DNA from: Candidatus Doudnabacteria bacterium RIFCSPHIGHO2_02_FULL_46_11
GTDB lineage: Bacteria > Patescibacteriota > Doudnabacteria > UBA920 > 2-02-FULL-46-11
Length of the DNA: 35,117 nucleotides
NCBI GenBank assembly: GCA_001779955.1
Contig: MFES01000003.1
Coordinates: forward strand, 11,348 to 46,464
Direction: 5' to 3'
In this document: in pieces, positions 6,429 to 15,516 of the stretch
How positions within the stretch are numbered: the stretch's first letter is position 1
Layout: every line of letters starts with the position of its first letter
Notes under the pieces: model-generated
What the model was told of the DNA's origin: nothing
Seen by the model: the letters and a program-made list of their open reading frames with translations, nothing else
Databases searched by the model: none
Translations under genes and position numbers: made by a program

Positions 6429-8873
6429 TTAGTAGGCGGGCACGCCTTGATAAAACTCCGTCCCCGCTAGACGATTAAATTGGCGCTGGGCTCGAAGGGC
6501 TTGCGCACGCAAAGCACGATATTGCTCAACTTTTTCCAGATCCTCGTCCGTCCATTGTTTAGTGCGGATGTATTCCAGATGCTCGCCCAGTTTTTGCCTA
6601 AATTCATCGGCCGTTAACTCGACCGTAAGCGCAGCGGGCGACTGTAAATTTTTTGCTATTTCCTTTACGCTTTTTTGTATTGAGCCGAGCGTGCGCTGAA
6701 GCTCTTGTTTTTGGTCTTTATGCGTTCTTAGCTTTTGATTTTTTTCGGCAATTTGGGCTTCAAGCGCCTTTTTGGCCTTTGTCCGCCTTGATTCATTAAA
6801 ATAATTTGCCTGATTTAATTCAAATTGAGCTTTCGCCAACTTGCCGTAAAGTGTGTACTGATATTCATTATCACCTCTATTACCCAGTTCCCGCTCCAGC
6901 GCATTAATTTTCTCCTGCTCCGCGTCAATGTCAATTGAAAGGCTTGAATAAACTTCATACTCCCCTTGCCATCTCCCCAAGCGAATGGTGTGTTTTACGC
7001 CTGGTTTATCCTCTCTTTCCGGTAGCGTTTCCAAAATTTGGCTAAGCGCGCCTATTTGCGCATAAAGAAAAGAATCGGTCAGTTGCCGCGCCTCGTTATT
7101 TATTCGCTCATACTCTTCGACAAAACGCGCGGTATCCATTTCCTGGCCGTCCAGCCTAGCCGGCGCGCGGCCGGCCTGTTCCAAGGTCTGTATAGCCCAC
7201 TCGGCTTCCAAACGTACAACCAGCATTTCTTTGACTTTTTCCTCTTCTTCAGTTAGCGCCTTATCTTTTTCGTTGATAGAATTTTTTAATCTATAAAGGT
7301 CGAATCTGCGTTGGCCGTGTTGATCATAAAAATCCCCAAGCGCCTGCAGGGTTTCCGGCCTTAATCTTAACCGGCCCTCTTGGGCCGCGACTTTGACCTC
7401 TTCGGCCCGAAACACCGATTCCAACATATTACTTCGCTCGTGATAATCGTAATAGACAATTTCACCAGGCTTCTTTGCTTCAATCGCCCGTAAAGCTTTA
7501 GCCTGCCAATCATCCAAAATAACGGACATCTTTCCGGCTATGGTTGCAATAAGACGGTAATTCGGGATTAAATTGACGGCCTGCTGCGCCGTTAGGTCGC
7601 CTCTCTTACTGCCTTCCAAAAAATATTTAGCCCGATCATCGTCCCTCGCAGCCTGAAGCAAGTTCCTTATTTGCAGGCCATCCGCACCCACATATCGCTC
7701 AAGTTCTTGGCCTATGTGGCTCACCTGCTGTGCTTGGAGCATCTCAAAATAGGCCAGTTGCATTTCAATGTAAAGGTTCTCGGTGTTTGCGCGCCGGCCC
7801 CAGGCTCCGGCCATCGTTCTATTATTAAGCTTATCCGCCAAAACCTGTTGCTCTTGGTACGACCAGCCAGTTGCTTCTATGGCGCTCTGGATGGCCTGGA
7901 AAACAGCGCTGTATTTTTGTTCATAAGCATTAACGGCAAGGGCCGCTTCTCTCGCTTCTTCCTTCATAGCATGCTCAATGGCGGCAATATCCGTTTTCAA
8001 GATATCAACATGCTGTTCCTGCCTTTTTTGCTCAAATTGTTGGTGAATAGCCCCGCCATAAACTTCAGCGATCATGCCCTTAACCGCCTGCGCGCCATCT
8101 GGACCCAAACTTTCTGCATCACGCAAATCTTGGTATCCCACCGTAATCTGCGACGAAGAAGAATATCGATCTTTTAGGTTCTTTTCAAAGTTGCCCCGGA
8201 AACGACCCGCGACTACAGCGTGCCTTTGTTTAATACGCTCCCTGAATTCTTGCCTTTGCGCCTCTTGCGCCTTGCCGGCCGTGGTTTGTTCGCGAAGTTC
8301 CTGAATTTGCCGATCGATTGTTTGCATCTCTGCATTCAGCCTGTCACGCACCGTGGAAAGGTCTGCCTCAAAGTCTTTTTTCTTGCCGGAAATTACAAGA
8401 TCCGGGTACCTGGCTCTTACCTGCTTCCTGGCTGTCAAACTTCGTTTCCTTTTCCAAAGCATGTCACGACCCTCATTGTCCTGTGCCTGAACGTCCTCGT
8501 GTTCAGCATTTATATGTTTAAATTCTTTGCGGCTCGGATTGTCTAAAAATTTCTTAACATCAGGATCCTGGTACGCTTCGTCAACTTTGCCTCGGGCCTC
8601 GGCAAAATCTGCACGAGACTGTTGGTCTTTTGCACCGCTAGATTCAAATTCAGTTAGCATTGCCTGAAGTTCTGCAGCCTGGGCTTCCAGGGCATCTATT
8701 TGGACTTGCAATTCCGAGTCACGGTGTGTTTCTTCCTCTCTTCGTCGCGCCAATAACAAAGCCGCCTTAGCGTCCTCTTCAGCTTGCCTTAAAACCTCCA
8801 GTCTTTGAGCTTCATCCAAGCGAGCCGCTTCAGCCGCGGCCGCCTGTCTTAACACATCTTCTTTTAGCCCCAT
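6429..8873 (-). CDS. Hypothetical long alpha-helical/coiled-coil protein
   Basis: 814-aa ORF rich in E/Q/A/R/K/L, with its own promoter. No motif recognised. Confidence 0.75.
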   Translation of the reverse strand: MGLKEDVLRQAAAAEAARLDEAQRLEVLRQAEEDAKAALLLARRREEETHRDSELQVQIDALEAQAAELQAMLTEFESSGAKDQQSRADFAEARGKVDEAYQDPDVKKFLDNPSRKEFKHINAEHEDVQAQDNEGRDMLWKRKRSLTARKQVRARYPDLVISGKKKDFEADLSTVRDRLNAEMQTIDRQIQELREQTTAGKAQEAQRQEFRERIKQRHAVVAGRFRGNFEKNLKDRYSSSSQITVGYQDLRDAESLGPDGAQAVKGMIAEVYGGAIHQQFEQKRQEQHVDILKTDIAAIEHAMKEEAREAALAVNAYEQKYSAVFQAIQSAIEATGWSYQEQQVLADKLNNRTMAGAWGRRANTENLYIEMQLAYFEMLQAQQVSHIGQELERYVGADGLQIRNLLQAARDDDRAKYFLEGSKRGDLTAQQAVNLIPNYRLIATIAGKMSVILDDWQAKALRAIEAKKPGEIVYYDYHERSNMLESVFRAEEVKVAAQEGRLRLRPETLQALGDFYDQHGQRRFDLYRLKNSINEKDKALTEEEEKVKEMLVVRLEAEWAIQTLEQAGRAPARLDGQEMDTARFVEEYERINNEARQLTDSFLYAQIGALSQILETLPEREDKPGVKHTIRLGRWQGEYEVYSSLSIDIDAEQEKINALERELGNRGDNEYQYTLYGKLAKAQFELNQANYFNESRRTKAKKALEAQIAEKNQKLRTHKDQKQELQRTLGSIQKSVKEIAKNLQSPAALTVELTADEFRQKLGEHLEYIRTKQWTDEDLEKVEQYRALRAQALRAQRQFNRLAGTEFYQGVPAY

Positions 8874-8911
8874 AAATTTTTGCTTTTGTTTCTGACGATT
8901 ACTGTAATATT

Positions 8912-8940
8912 ATTATAGCACAACCATAAAATAAAATCAA
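8912..8940 (-). promoter_or_regulatory. sigma70 promoter for the 814-aa ORF
   Basis: TTGATT-17 nt-TATAAT with extended -10 TG on the minus strand. Confidence 0.7.
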
Positions 8941-8968
8941 ACCACGAATCACCGCGGGTGCGCATGAC

Positions 8969-9006
8969 TTATCACACTTTCCTCCGATCGGAGGCAATTG
9001 TGATAA
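8969..9006. repeat. 38-bp palindromic element just downstream of the clpP terminator
   Basis: 34/38 identical to 20835-20872. Outer arms TTATCACA/TGTGATAA, inner CCTCCGATCGGAGG. Confidence 0.9.
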
Positions 9007-9007
9007 T

Positions 9008-9040
9008 AAAAAAAACGTCCCCTACTGGGGAACGATTTTT
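9008..9040 (-). terminator. clpP terminator
   Basis: CGTCCCC-tact-GGGGAACG stem flanked by A and T runs. Confidence 0.7.
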
Positions 9041-9655
9041 TTATTGCGGGCTAGTCACGATTTTGTCCACTACTCCGTACTTCTTGGCTTCTTCGGCCGA
9101 CATAAAGTAGTCGCGGTCTGTGTCTTTTTCTATTTTTTTTGTGGGTTGCCCGGTATGAACCGCCAAAATTTTATTAACTTGGTTTTTAACACGTATCATT
9201 TCTTTGGTCTGAATCTCAACGTCCGTCGCCTGGCCCTGCGCGCCGCCGATTACTTGGTGAATCATCACCCGAGCATTCGGCAAAATCCAGCGCTTGCCTT
9301 TTTTGCCGGAAGCCAGAAGCACGGCCGCAGCCGAGGCCGCTTCGCCTATACAGATAGTATGAATATCAGCTTTAACAAATTGCATGGTGTCATAAATTGC
9401 CAAAGCTGCCGTAACTACCCCGCCCGGAGAATTTATGTAAATTTGAATGTCTTTGTCCGGCGTCTCGGCATCCAAAAACAAAAGCTGGGCAATAACCAAG
9501 TTGGCTACATAATCATCAATGGCATCGCCAATAAAAATTATTCGCTCTTTTAGCAAGCGCGAATAAATATCATAAGCCCGCTCGCCGGAAGGCGATTTAT
9601 CAATCACCATTGGAACGAGTTGAGAAGTTATTCTTTTGTTACCCGCATTTTTCAT
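9041..9655 (-). CDS. clpP: ATP-dependent Clp protease proteolytic subunit
   Basis: [29 protein letters not shown], catalytic S (AASAAA), H (MIHQ) and D (DRD). Start placed at ATG 9655. Confidence 0.96.
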   Translation of the reverse strand: MKNAGNKRITSQLVPMVIDKSPSGERAYDIYSRLLKERIIFIGDAIDDYVANLVIAQLLFLDAETPDKDIQIYINSPGGVVTAALAIYDTMQFVKADIHTICIGEAASAAAVLLASGKKGKRWILPNARVMIHQVIGGAQGQATDVEIQTKEMIRVKNQVNKILAVHTGQPTKKIEKDTDRDYFMSAEEAKKYGVVDKIVTSPQ

Positions 9656-9670
9656 AAAGACGCATTTATG

Positions 9671-9826
9671 AAACCTCAAACATCAATCTTCAACCCTCAA
9701 ACAATCTTCAAACTTCAATTATCAATTCCGGAAATTGCCAGCCCGCTTGGACTTCGTCCAGGCGAAGTCTGGCGGGGGGTTTGGGGATTGAAGCTTTATT
9801 GGAGTTTGAGTGTTGAAGTTTGAACA
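9671..9826. repeat. ~155-bp heptamer-periodic inverted-repeat element with central GC hairpin
   Basis: Homologous along its length to 25641-25925 once the two inserts there are removed. Begins right after the nusA stop codon. Confidence 0.85.
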
Positions 9827-9827
9827 T

Positions 9828-11171
9828 TTACTCGGTACCCCGAGTTCCCATTCCTGTATCGCTTTCGGTGTCTGCTACATTTTCCGCATCCGGTGTCATG
9901 CCTTCTGAAGCAACCACATCGGCTTCAGCCATCATCGGCTGATCGTCCGAGGCCTCATCTTGCTTGGCCTCTTCCTTGCTCTCAACCGTATCAGCGGCAT
10001 CTTTTTCTATTGTCTCGCCTTCTGTCGTTTCTTCCTCCGGCGGTGAATCGGGCGCCTCTTCTATTTCATCCGGGCTGGCCGTGGCCGCGGTTTCAGTTTC
10101 TTCCAATGCGCCGCCATCGCCCAGTTTCTCCCCGATTATATCTATTTTCCAGCCGGTAAGACGCGCGGCCAAACGCACATTCTGCCCGGCCCGACCGATA
10201 GCCAAACTCAATTGGTCTTCCAAAACTCCCACCCGGGTCTCTTTTTCATCCTCGTTAAGCTGGACGTTTATAATTTTTGCCGGAGACAAAGAATTGCTGA
10301 TAAATTTAACAGGATCGTCGGACCATTCGATAATATCCACCTTTTCTCCGCCGAGTTCGGCCATAATTGTCTGTACGCGCGTGCCGCGCTGGCCCACGCA
10401 GGCGCCGATCGGGTCAACGCCTTCCTGGTTGGAAAATACCGCGACTTTGCTGCGGGATCCGGCTTCGCGGGCAATGGCTTTAATTTCTACGGTACCGGCA
10501 TAAATTTCCGGAACTTCAAGTTCAAAAAGTCGGCGCACGATGTCGGCATGCGAACGGGAAAGTGTAATTTTCGGGCCCTTGGCCGTTGGTTCAACGTGCA
10601 AAACTAAAACCTTCAAGCGTTGGCTAATGCGGTAATTTTCACCCTTAATCTGTTCAGACGGAAACAAAACGCCCGTAGCCTTGCCCATATCCACGAGAAC
10701 GGCATTGCCTTCAAGCCGTTGAACGACGCCGTTAACAATGGTGCGTTCGCGCGACTTAAATTCAGTAAACATGGCATTGCGTTCAGCCTCGCGAAGCCTT
10801 TGCATAATAACCTGCTTGGCGGTTTGGGCGGCAATGCGGCCAAAGTGCGTGCCGTCGGCTGGAGTAATTTCGGTTCGGATCTCGCCATCCATTTCAATAT
10901 CAGGATTTATTTTCTTGCCTTCTTCAAGGGTAATGTATTTAGAAGGCTCTTTTTCCAAAAGTTCAGCATCCTCGGTTATTGTCTTTACGTCAAAAACGCG
11001 GCTGTCTAAAGTCACCGGGTCAAATTCAACTACCGGATTTTGCTCGCGGGTGGCGTAGTCTTTACGAAAAGCAGCGGCTAAAGCCACCTCAATCATTTTA
11101 ATAATTTCTTCCTTGGGTATGCCCTTTTCGTCCGCAATTTGGGTAAGGGCTAAATCAAACTCACTTGGCAT
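9828..11171 (-). CDS. nusA: Transcription termination/antitermination factor NusA with acidic tail
   Basis: FGRIAAQTAKQV, AREAGSRSKVAV, GACVGQRGTRV and LSLAIGRAGQNVRLAARLTGWKIDI motifs. Confidence 0.97.
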   Translation of the reverse strand: MPSEFDLALTQIADEKGIPKEEIIKMIEVALAAAFRKDYATREQNPVVEFDPVTLDSRVFDVKTITEDAELLEKEPSKYITLEEGKKINPDIEMDGEIRTEITPADGTHFGRIAAQTAKQVIMQRLREAERNAMFTEFKSRERTIVNGVVQRLEGNAVLVDMGKATGVLFPSEQIKGENYRISQRLKVLVLHVEPTAKGPKITLSRSHADIVRRLFELEVPEIYAGTVEIKAIAREAGSRSKVAVFSNQEGVDPIGACVGQRGTRVQTIMAELGGEKVDIIEWSDDPVKFISNSLSPAKIINVQLNEDEKETRVGVLEDQLSLAIGRAGQNVRLAARLTGWKIDIIGEKLGDGGALEETETAATASPDEIEEAPDSPPEEETTEGETIEKDAADTVESKEEAKQDEASDDQPMMAEADVVASEGMTPDAENVADTESDTGMGTRGTE

Positions 11172-11194
11172 GTGATAAGTTCTAATTACTAATT

Positions 11195-11367
11195 TATGGC
11201 GAGGCTAGAGACTTTCCGAAAAACGTCGCGCCCTACTTCATCCTTCGGATTTCGAAGGGCAAGCAGGCCGCCTGTCCGCCGAAGCTTTAGCGTAGGCGGA
11301 AGTGAGAGGAAAAATTTCAGAAGAAATTTATTCTGTTTTTTCGAAAGGTGCTAGCCGAGTTACCATA
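11195..11367. repeat. Multi-stem structured element upstream of nusA with two REP-like inserts (11231-11263, 11271-11300)
   Basis: TATGG..GGCTAG..CTTTCCGAAAAA pairs with TTTTTTCGAAAG..CTAGCC..CCATA. Colinear with 15366-15516. Confidence 0.65.
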
Positions 11368-11384
11368 GGGTATAAAAAAGCAAT

Positions 11385-11774
11385 TCAGTAATTATCCTGA
11401 ATCGCATCTTCTATAATATTAACACTCTGGAATTTTCCGTCAAGGGGTGATATAACCAGCGCCACATCTATGCGCATCAGGTAGTCTTGATACTTGGCAT
11501 TGTTGGCTATAAAACCTTTTATGGCCTTTAACAGGCGCTGCTGTTTTTTAAAGCCGACAGCCTCCACTGCCGGCATAAATTCTTCATTTTCCCGGGCCTT
11601 GACCTCCACAAAAACCAGCTGCTTGGCTTTGGCGGCGATTAAATCTATTTCGCCCAACTGCTTATAGCCCATGACCAAAACTTTTTGTCCGACAATCTTA
11701 AAACCTTTTTTCTTGTATTCCTCCGCAACCAGCCGTTCTCCCCAATCGCCGAACTCTTTTTTGCTCGTAGGCAT
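11385..11774 (-). CDS. yraN: YraN family (UPF0102) nuclease-fold protein
   Basis: GDWGERLV, GEIDLIA, LVFVEVKAR, KQQRL and RIDV motifs. Confidence 0.9.
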   Translation of the reverse strand: MPTSKKEFGDWGERLVAEEYKKKGFKIVGQKVLVMGYKQLGEIDLIAAKAKQLVFVEVKARENEEFMPAVEAVGFKKQQRLLKAIKGFIANNAKYQDYLMRIDVALVISPLDGKFQSVNIIEDAIQDNY

Positions 11775-11777
11775 TGT

Positions 11778-12161
11778 CTATTTTAAATATTTTTGCTTGG
11801 TTTGCTGATTGTGAAAACCCGCTATTTCCTTTGAATAATCACGCACCCAGTAAATAACTAGCTTGATTAGCCAAATCGTCGCCACCAAAGCCAAAACCAC
11901 GGACCAAAACCGCCATTCCAAATAGGCCGCGCCTTCGTAGCGGAAAACCGTCCACAACAGGCCAATGAGACCATAGGTTAGGCATAGGTTTCTAAACCTA
12001 CGCACGAGCTTCCTGCTTACCGGATTCATGGTCTTCAGGAAAAGCAAGGCGACTAAAATAATTCCCAAAATTACGGCGCCGGCAGCGTCGTAAAAAAAGA
12101 TATTGTCCCAAATCTCTAAACGCAGCGGATACGGGCCAAAAAGAAATGTTTGCATATCCAT
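11778..12161 (-). CDS. Hypothetical membrane protein (about 3 TM segments)
   Basis: 127-aa ORF with hydrophobic segments, closely coupled to yraN. Confidence 0.75.
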   Translation of the reverse strand: MDMQTFLFGPYPLRLEIWDNIFFYDAAGAVILGIILVALLFLKTMNPVSRKLVRRFRNLCLTYGLIGLLWTVFRYEGAAYLEWRFWSVVLALVATIWLIKLVIYWVRDYSKEIAGFHNQQTKQKYLK

Positions 12162-12369
12162 CCCGTATAGTTACCCCAATAAATCTTTAGGCTTTGTGTT
12201 AAAGCCTAGAAAAATATTGCTTTGTAAGTTAATGCTTAAAATAATCATATTATCTATTCTGCGGCCAAGATTTAGAAGAGTGAATTCTAGAATAAAATAC
12301 GTAATTAAATGCTTGCCCATCTTATTACATTCCACAATACCAGCAGAAGATTGGGGAAGTTATACGGGA
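12161..12369. mobile_element. 209-bp MITE-like element at a start codon
   Basis: TIRs TCCCGTATAGTTACCCCAAT/ATTGGGGAAGTTATACGGGA. Direct repeat TCCA(T) at 12157 and 12370. Inverted homologue at 30638-30990. Confidence 0.85.
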
Positions 12370-12383
12370 TCCATGGTGAGTTA

Positions 12384-12487
12384 ATTTTACAATTTTCAAT
12401 TTCTAATTTCTAAACAATGAGCCAATTTCAGAATTTCAAAATTGAGACCTTGGAAAATTGTTTGAAAATTGAAAATTAGAAATTAAT
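12384..12487. repeat. AT-rich heptamer inverted-repeat element
   Basis: AATTTTC/AATTTCT units on the left mirrored by GAAAATT/AGAAATT units on the right. Confidence 0.7.
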
Positions 12488-12490
12488 AAA

Positions 12491-13036
12491 TTACTTAATA
12501 TAGGTAACGGCATAATGATAAGAATCGGCTGGTGTTTTTCGGCCTGGCTTGAAGCCGGAGCCTGTTAAAAGATGGGCGACGTCTTCTTCCGAAAGTCTAG
12601 TTTCAGCCGGAGGCCCGAAGGCCGAGCCCTGCGGTTCCCATTCGATGACTAAAACATAACCGCCGGTTTTCAAAGCCTTAAAGGCCGACTCGATAACGGC
12701 TTTTTTGTTTGGCGCCTGGTGTAAGATATTTGCCAAAATAACAGCATCACAAGAAACGGCCGGCACAGGGCAATAATCGGCTTTTTCCAGGTCACAGCGC
12801 AAAGTGGTGATATTCCGGATTTGTTTGAGCCTGGCATCAGACATCAAGTGGCGCAAGGGGTCTTCCTGAATATCAACGGCATAAACCGAGCCCTTGTCGC
12901 CTACTATCTCGGCCGCGGCCACGGCATAAAAGCCGTTACCAGAACCAAAATCGCCAATAATCATGCCCGGCCTAAAACCGGCGCCAACCAGAACTTTATG
13001 AGGATCAATAAATCTATTACCCGGACTATAAAGCAT
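12491..13036 (-). CDS. Class I SAM-dependent methyltransferase
   Basis: DFGSGNGFY motif I, VYAVDI, ANILHQ and LKTGG..LVIEW. Confidence 0.9.
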   Translation of the reverse strand: MLYSPGNRFIDPHKVLVGAGFRPGMIIGDFGSGNGFYAVAAAEIVGDKGSVYAVDIQEDPLRHLMSDARLKQIRNITTLRCDLEKADYCPVPAVSCDAVILANILHQAPNKKAVIESAFKALKTGGYVLVIEWEPQGSAFGPPAETRLSEEDVAHLLTGSGFKPGRKTPADSYHYAVTYIK

Positions 13037-13039
13037 ATA

Positions 13040-13152
13040 AATTTAAAAATCAAAAATCAAAGTTCAAAATTTAAACTTAAAAATGATAACTTCCAGAAAC
13101 AAATTTTGAATTTTTACTTGTAGTTTTGACTTTTGCATTTTGAATTTTGACA
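13040..13152. repeat. AT-rich heptamer inverted-repeat element
   Basis: AAAATCA-type units mirrored by TTTTGAA/TTTTGAC/TTTTGCA units. Abuts the ymdB stop codon. Confidence 0.7.
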
Positions 13153-13968
13153 TTAAAGCTTTATTATTTCATGTTCATGTTGAATACTTAGCGTCTTTTT
13201 TGTTTCAATATCAATGGTTAGCATAACATAATTTAACCAAATTTCTGGCGTTTCTGCAATCTCGTAAGTCAATTTTTCTCCGGTTAAAAATCGATTTATC
13301 GATACTTCCGATTTCATACCAAGCACCGAATCATATGGTCCATTCATGCCAACATCCGTAACATAGCCTGTACCTTTGGGTAATATTGTGGCATCGGCCG
13401 TAGGGATATGAGTATGGGTACCCAGGACTGCGCTTAATTGCCCGTCGAAGTGCCTACCCAAAGCAACCTTCTCCGAAGTAGCTTCGGCGTGAAAATCCAA
13501 AATTATAGCCGATAATTTCTCCCCTTCATATCTTTCCAAAATCTGCGGCAAAACCGTCCACGGAGAAAATTCCGAAAACCGAAAAAATACTTGGCCAACC
13601 AAATTTAAAACCAGCACTTTCCCCTTGAGTGTTTCTATGACAAGCTCGCTCCGGCCTGGCAAATCGCGCGAATAATTCGCAGGTTTTATTAGAGTCGGAT
13701 ATTTTTCAAAAATTGCGGCAACTTCCGCGTCTTCACGAACTTTATCGTGGATATGCTCGCCGGATGTAAAAACATCCACGCCCGCTTTGACCATGTCCGC
13801 GAGAGTGCTGTCGGTTACGCCTTTGCCGTGCGCCGAATTTTCGACATTGGCGATAATCAAATCCGGCCGGAACTCTTCTTTAATTTTGGGGATAATAGAA
13901 GCCACGCCCCGTCTTCCGGGCCGCCCGACAATATCACCAAAAAATACTACTTTTAATTGTTTAGCCAT
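13153..13968 (-). CDS. ymdB: YmdB-family metallophosphoesterase
   Basis: GDIVGRPGR, NVENSAHGKG, DFHAEATSEK, GTHTHIPTAD and TDVGMNG motifs. Lies near rny. Confidence 0.93.
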   Translation of the reverse strand: MAKQLKVVFFGDIVGRPGRRGVASIIPKIKEEFRPDLIIANVENSAHGKGVTDSTLADMVKAGVDVFTSGEHIHDKVREDAEVAAIFEKYPTLIKPANYSRDLPGRSELVIETLKGKVLVLNLVGQVFFRFSEFSPWTVLPQILERYEGEKLSAIILDFHAEATSEKVALGRHFDGQLSAVLGTHTHIPTADATILPKGTGYVTDVGMNGPYDSVLGMKSEVSINRFLTGEKLTYEIAETPEIWLNYVMLTIDIETKKTLSIQHEHEIIKL

Positions 13969-14006
13969 AATTCTTGGTCGTCAGTCCTAGCACCCTCAAT
14001 AGGTAA

Positions 14007-15335
14007 TTAGCTCGGTAAAAAATTTTCTTCAACCTCTTTTATCGCCTCCTCAATACCGCTCTCCTCAACAAGTTGATCTAATCTGACCATAAATCCAGAG
14101 CCAAACGCTTTATTTAATCTTTCCCATAGCTCTTTCCACTTTGGAATCCTCTCGTCTCGCGGGACATCTGTTTTATAGTTCTCGAAGTAGGCTTCAACAA
14201 AGAGATTTTCGGGAATTTGTGCTTTTTCTGCCAACAGCCTAAATAATCTTATCTCTGAATTGTATGACATTGAGGCATTTGCGCCTAGCACCCTTTGCAT
14301 TAGATAATCGGTCAATGCCTCATTAAGCCAACGGAAACGAGGAGTATATTTCTCTGCAAGAGCTGGTGAATTCGGCTCCATAGGCACAAATCGCAAACCG
14401 ATTCTTTGATGGTTGGCATCTAGCATTTCAAATTCTCCAATCCTAATATCTTCAAAGGTCAGATTGCGGCCTACAATGGTTCTGCCAGACAAAGCGTGAA
14501 ATATCTCATGAACTATGTTTGATTTTAAATCACCCACGGTATATTCGGAAATTACTATTTCATTAGCCCAGATTCTGAATTCTCCGTTTATCTCTTCAAA
14601 AGCTGAAAGTAGCGGGTCTCGCATTTTAATCGATAAGCTATCAAGTCTGGGTAATACCTCTGGCTCTAAAGGAAGAACGCCCTTTTCTATGGCTTGACTG
14701 AGGTAAGCCCTAAGTTGAGGTACAAAAGTAGCTATAACTTTATTAAATTCTGCTGACTTTTTATTAAAAATATCCAGATGATTTCCTGCGATAGCAACCA
14801 ACGCCTCAAGTGATATGAGGGAGAAATTCTGGATAAATTCTCCGTATGCTTGTTCTTTATCATCCGAAGATACTATCTTCTCATTTTTAAGGATTAGAAG
14901 TAAGGCGGAGTTGGTAAAAATTTCTTCAAATAATTTTTTAACAAAAACTGACTTTGTTTGATCTTTCGATAAATCAGTAATAACATCTCGCATTTCTTGA
15001 ATATCTTCAGATAAGTAAATTTTATCGCTCTCGATAGATTTATCCAGCTCTTCCCGCTCTGCTCTGATTAGACTATAGGCAGGATTTCCCGCTTGAATTT
15101 GTTCTGCTATTGCTAACGAGGAATCTAACCGAGATACACGTTCAAATAAACGCCCGCCAAAAACTTCAAGGCCGTGCTGGTCTTTTAGTATTTCACTTGA
15201 TAGCTCCTGGCTTTCCTTATACTCCTGGGACGCTGCATCTACTTTCTTATAAGGCTCTTCTGGATTCACAGGGCCTCTAACAGGTCCTGAATCTAGATGT
15301 CCTAAAATATGGCTTGGTTCATTTAATCGTCGCAT
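14007..15335 (-). CDS. Hypothetical protein with gluzincin-like HExxH...E motif
   Basis: VHEIFHALSG followed by WLNEALTD. 442 aa, AT-richer than the flanking genes. Confidence 0.7.
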   Translation of the reverse strand: MRRLNEPSHILGHLDSGPVRGPVNPEEPYKKVDAASQEYKESQELSSEILKDQHGLEVFGGRLFERVSRLDSSLAIAEQIQAGNPAYSLIRAEREELDKSIESDKIYLSEDIQEMRDVITDLSKDQTKSVFVKKLFEEIFTNSALLLILKNEKIVSSDDKEQAYGEFIQNFSLISLEALVAIAGNHLDIFNKKSAEFNKVIATFVPQLRAYLSQAIEKGVLPLEPEVLPRLDSLSIKMRDPLLSAFEEINGEFRIWANEIVISEYTVGDLKSNIVHEIFHALSGRTIVGRNLTFEDIRIGEFEMLDANHQRIGLRFVPMEPNSPALAEKYTPRFRWLNEALTDYLMQRVLGANASMSYNSEIRLFRLLAEKAQIPENLFVEAYFENYKTDVPRDERIPKWKELWERLNKAFGSGFMVRLDQLVEESGIEEAIKEVEENFLPS

Positions 15336-15365
15336 ATAATTTATTCGGCCTAGGCTGGCTCAGTG

Positions 15366-15516
15366 TATGGTTGAGCCTGCCCTTTGACAAAAGCGTCTCG
15401 CAGGGCTCGGCTGCTTGGTTTAAAGCAAAGCTTTAAAGCCGAGACCGAGAGAGAAGCAAAGTTTTCCGCTGGAGAAAACTTATGCTGTCTTTTGGAAAAG
15501 GTGCAGGCGAAACCTA
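15366..15516. repeat. Multi-stem structured element overlapping the rny stop codon
   Basis: GCCTGCCCTTTGACAAAAG pairs with CTTTTGGAAAAGGTGCAGGC and there are internal hairpins. Same layout as 11195-11367. Confidence 0.65.

Noticed and set aside
12103..12384. 93-aa plus-strand ORF as cargo or a transposase remnant
   Set aside because: It begins antisense within the neighbouring gene, crosses the element boundaries and shows no transposase motif.
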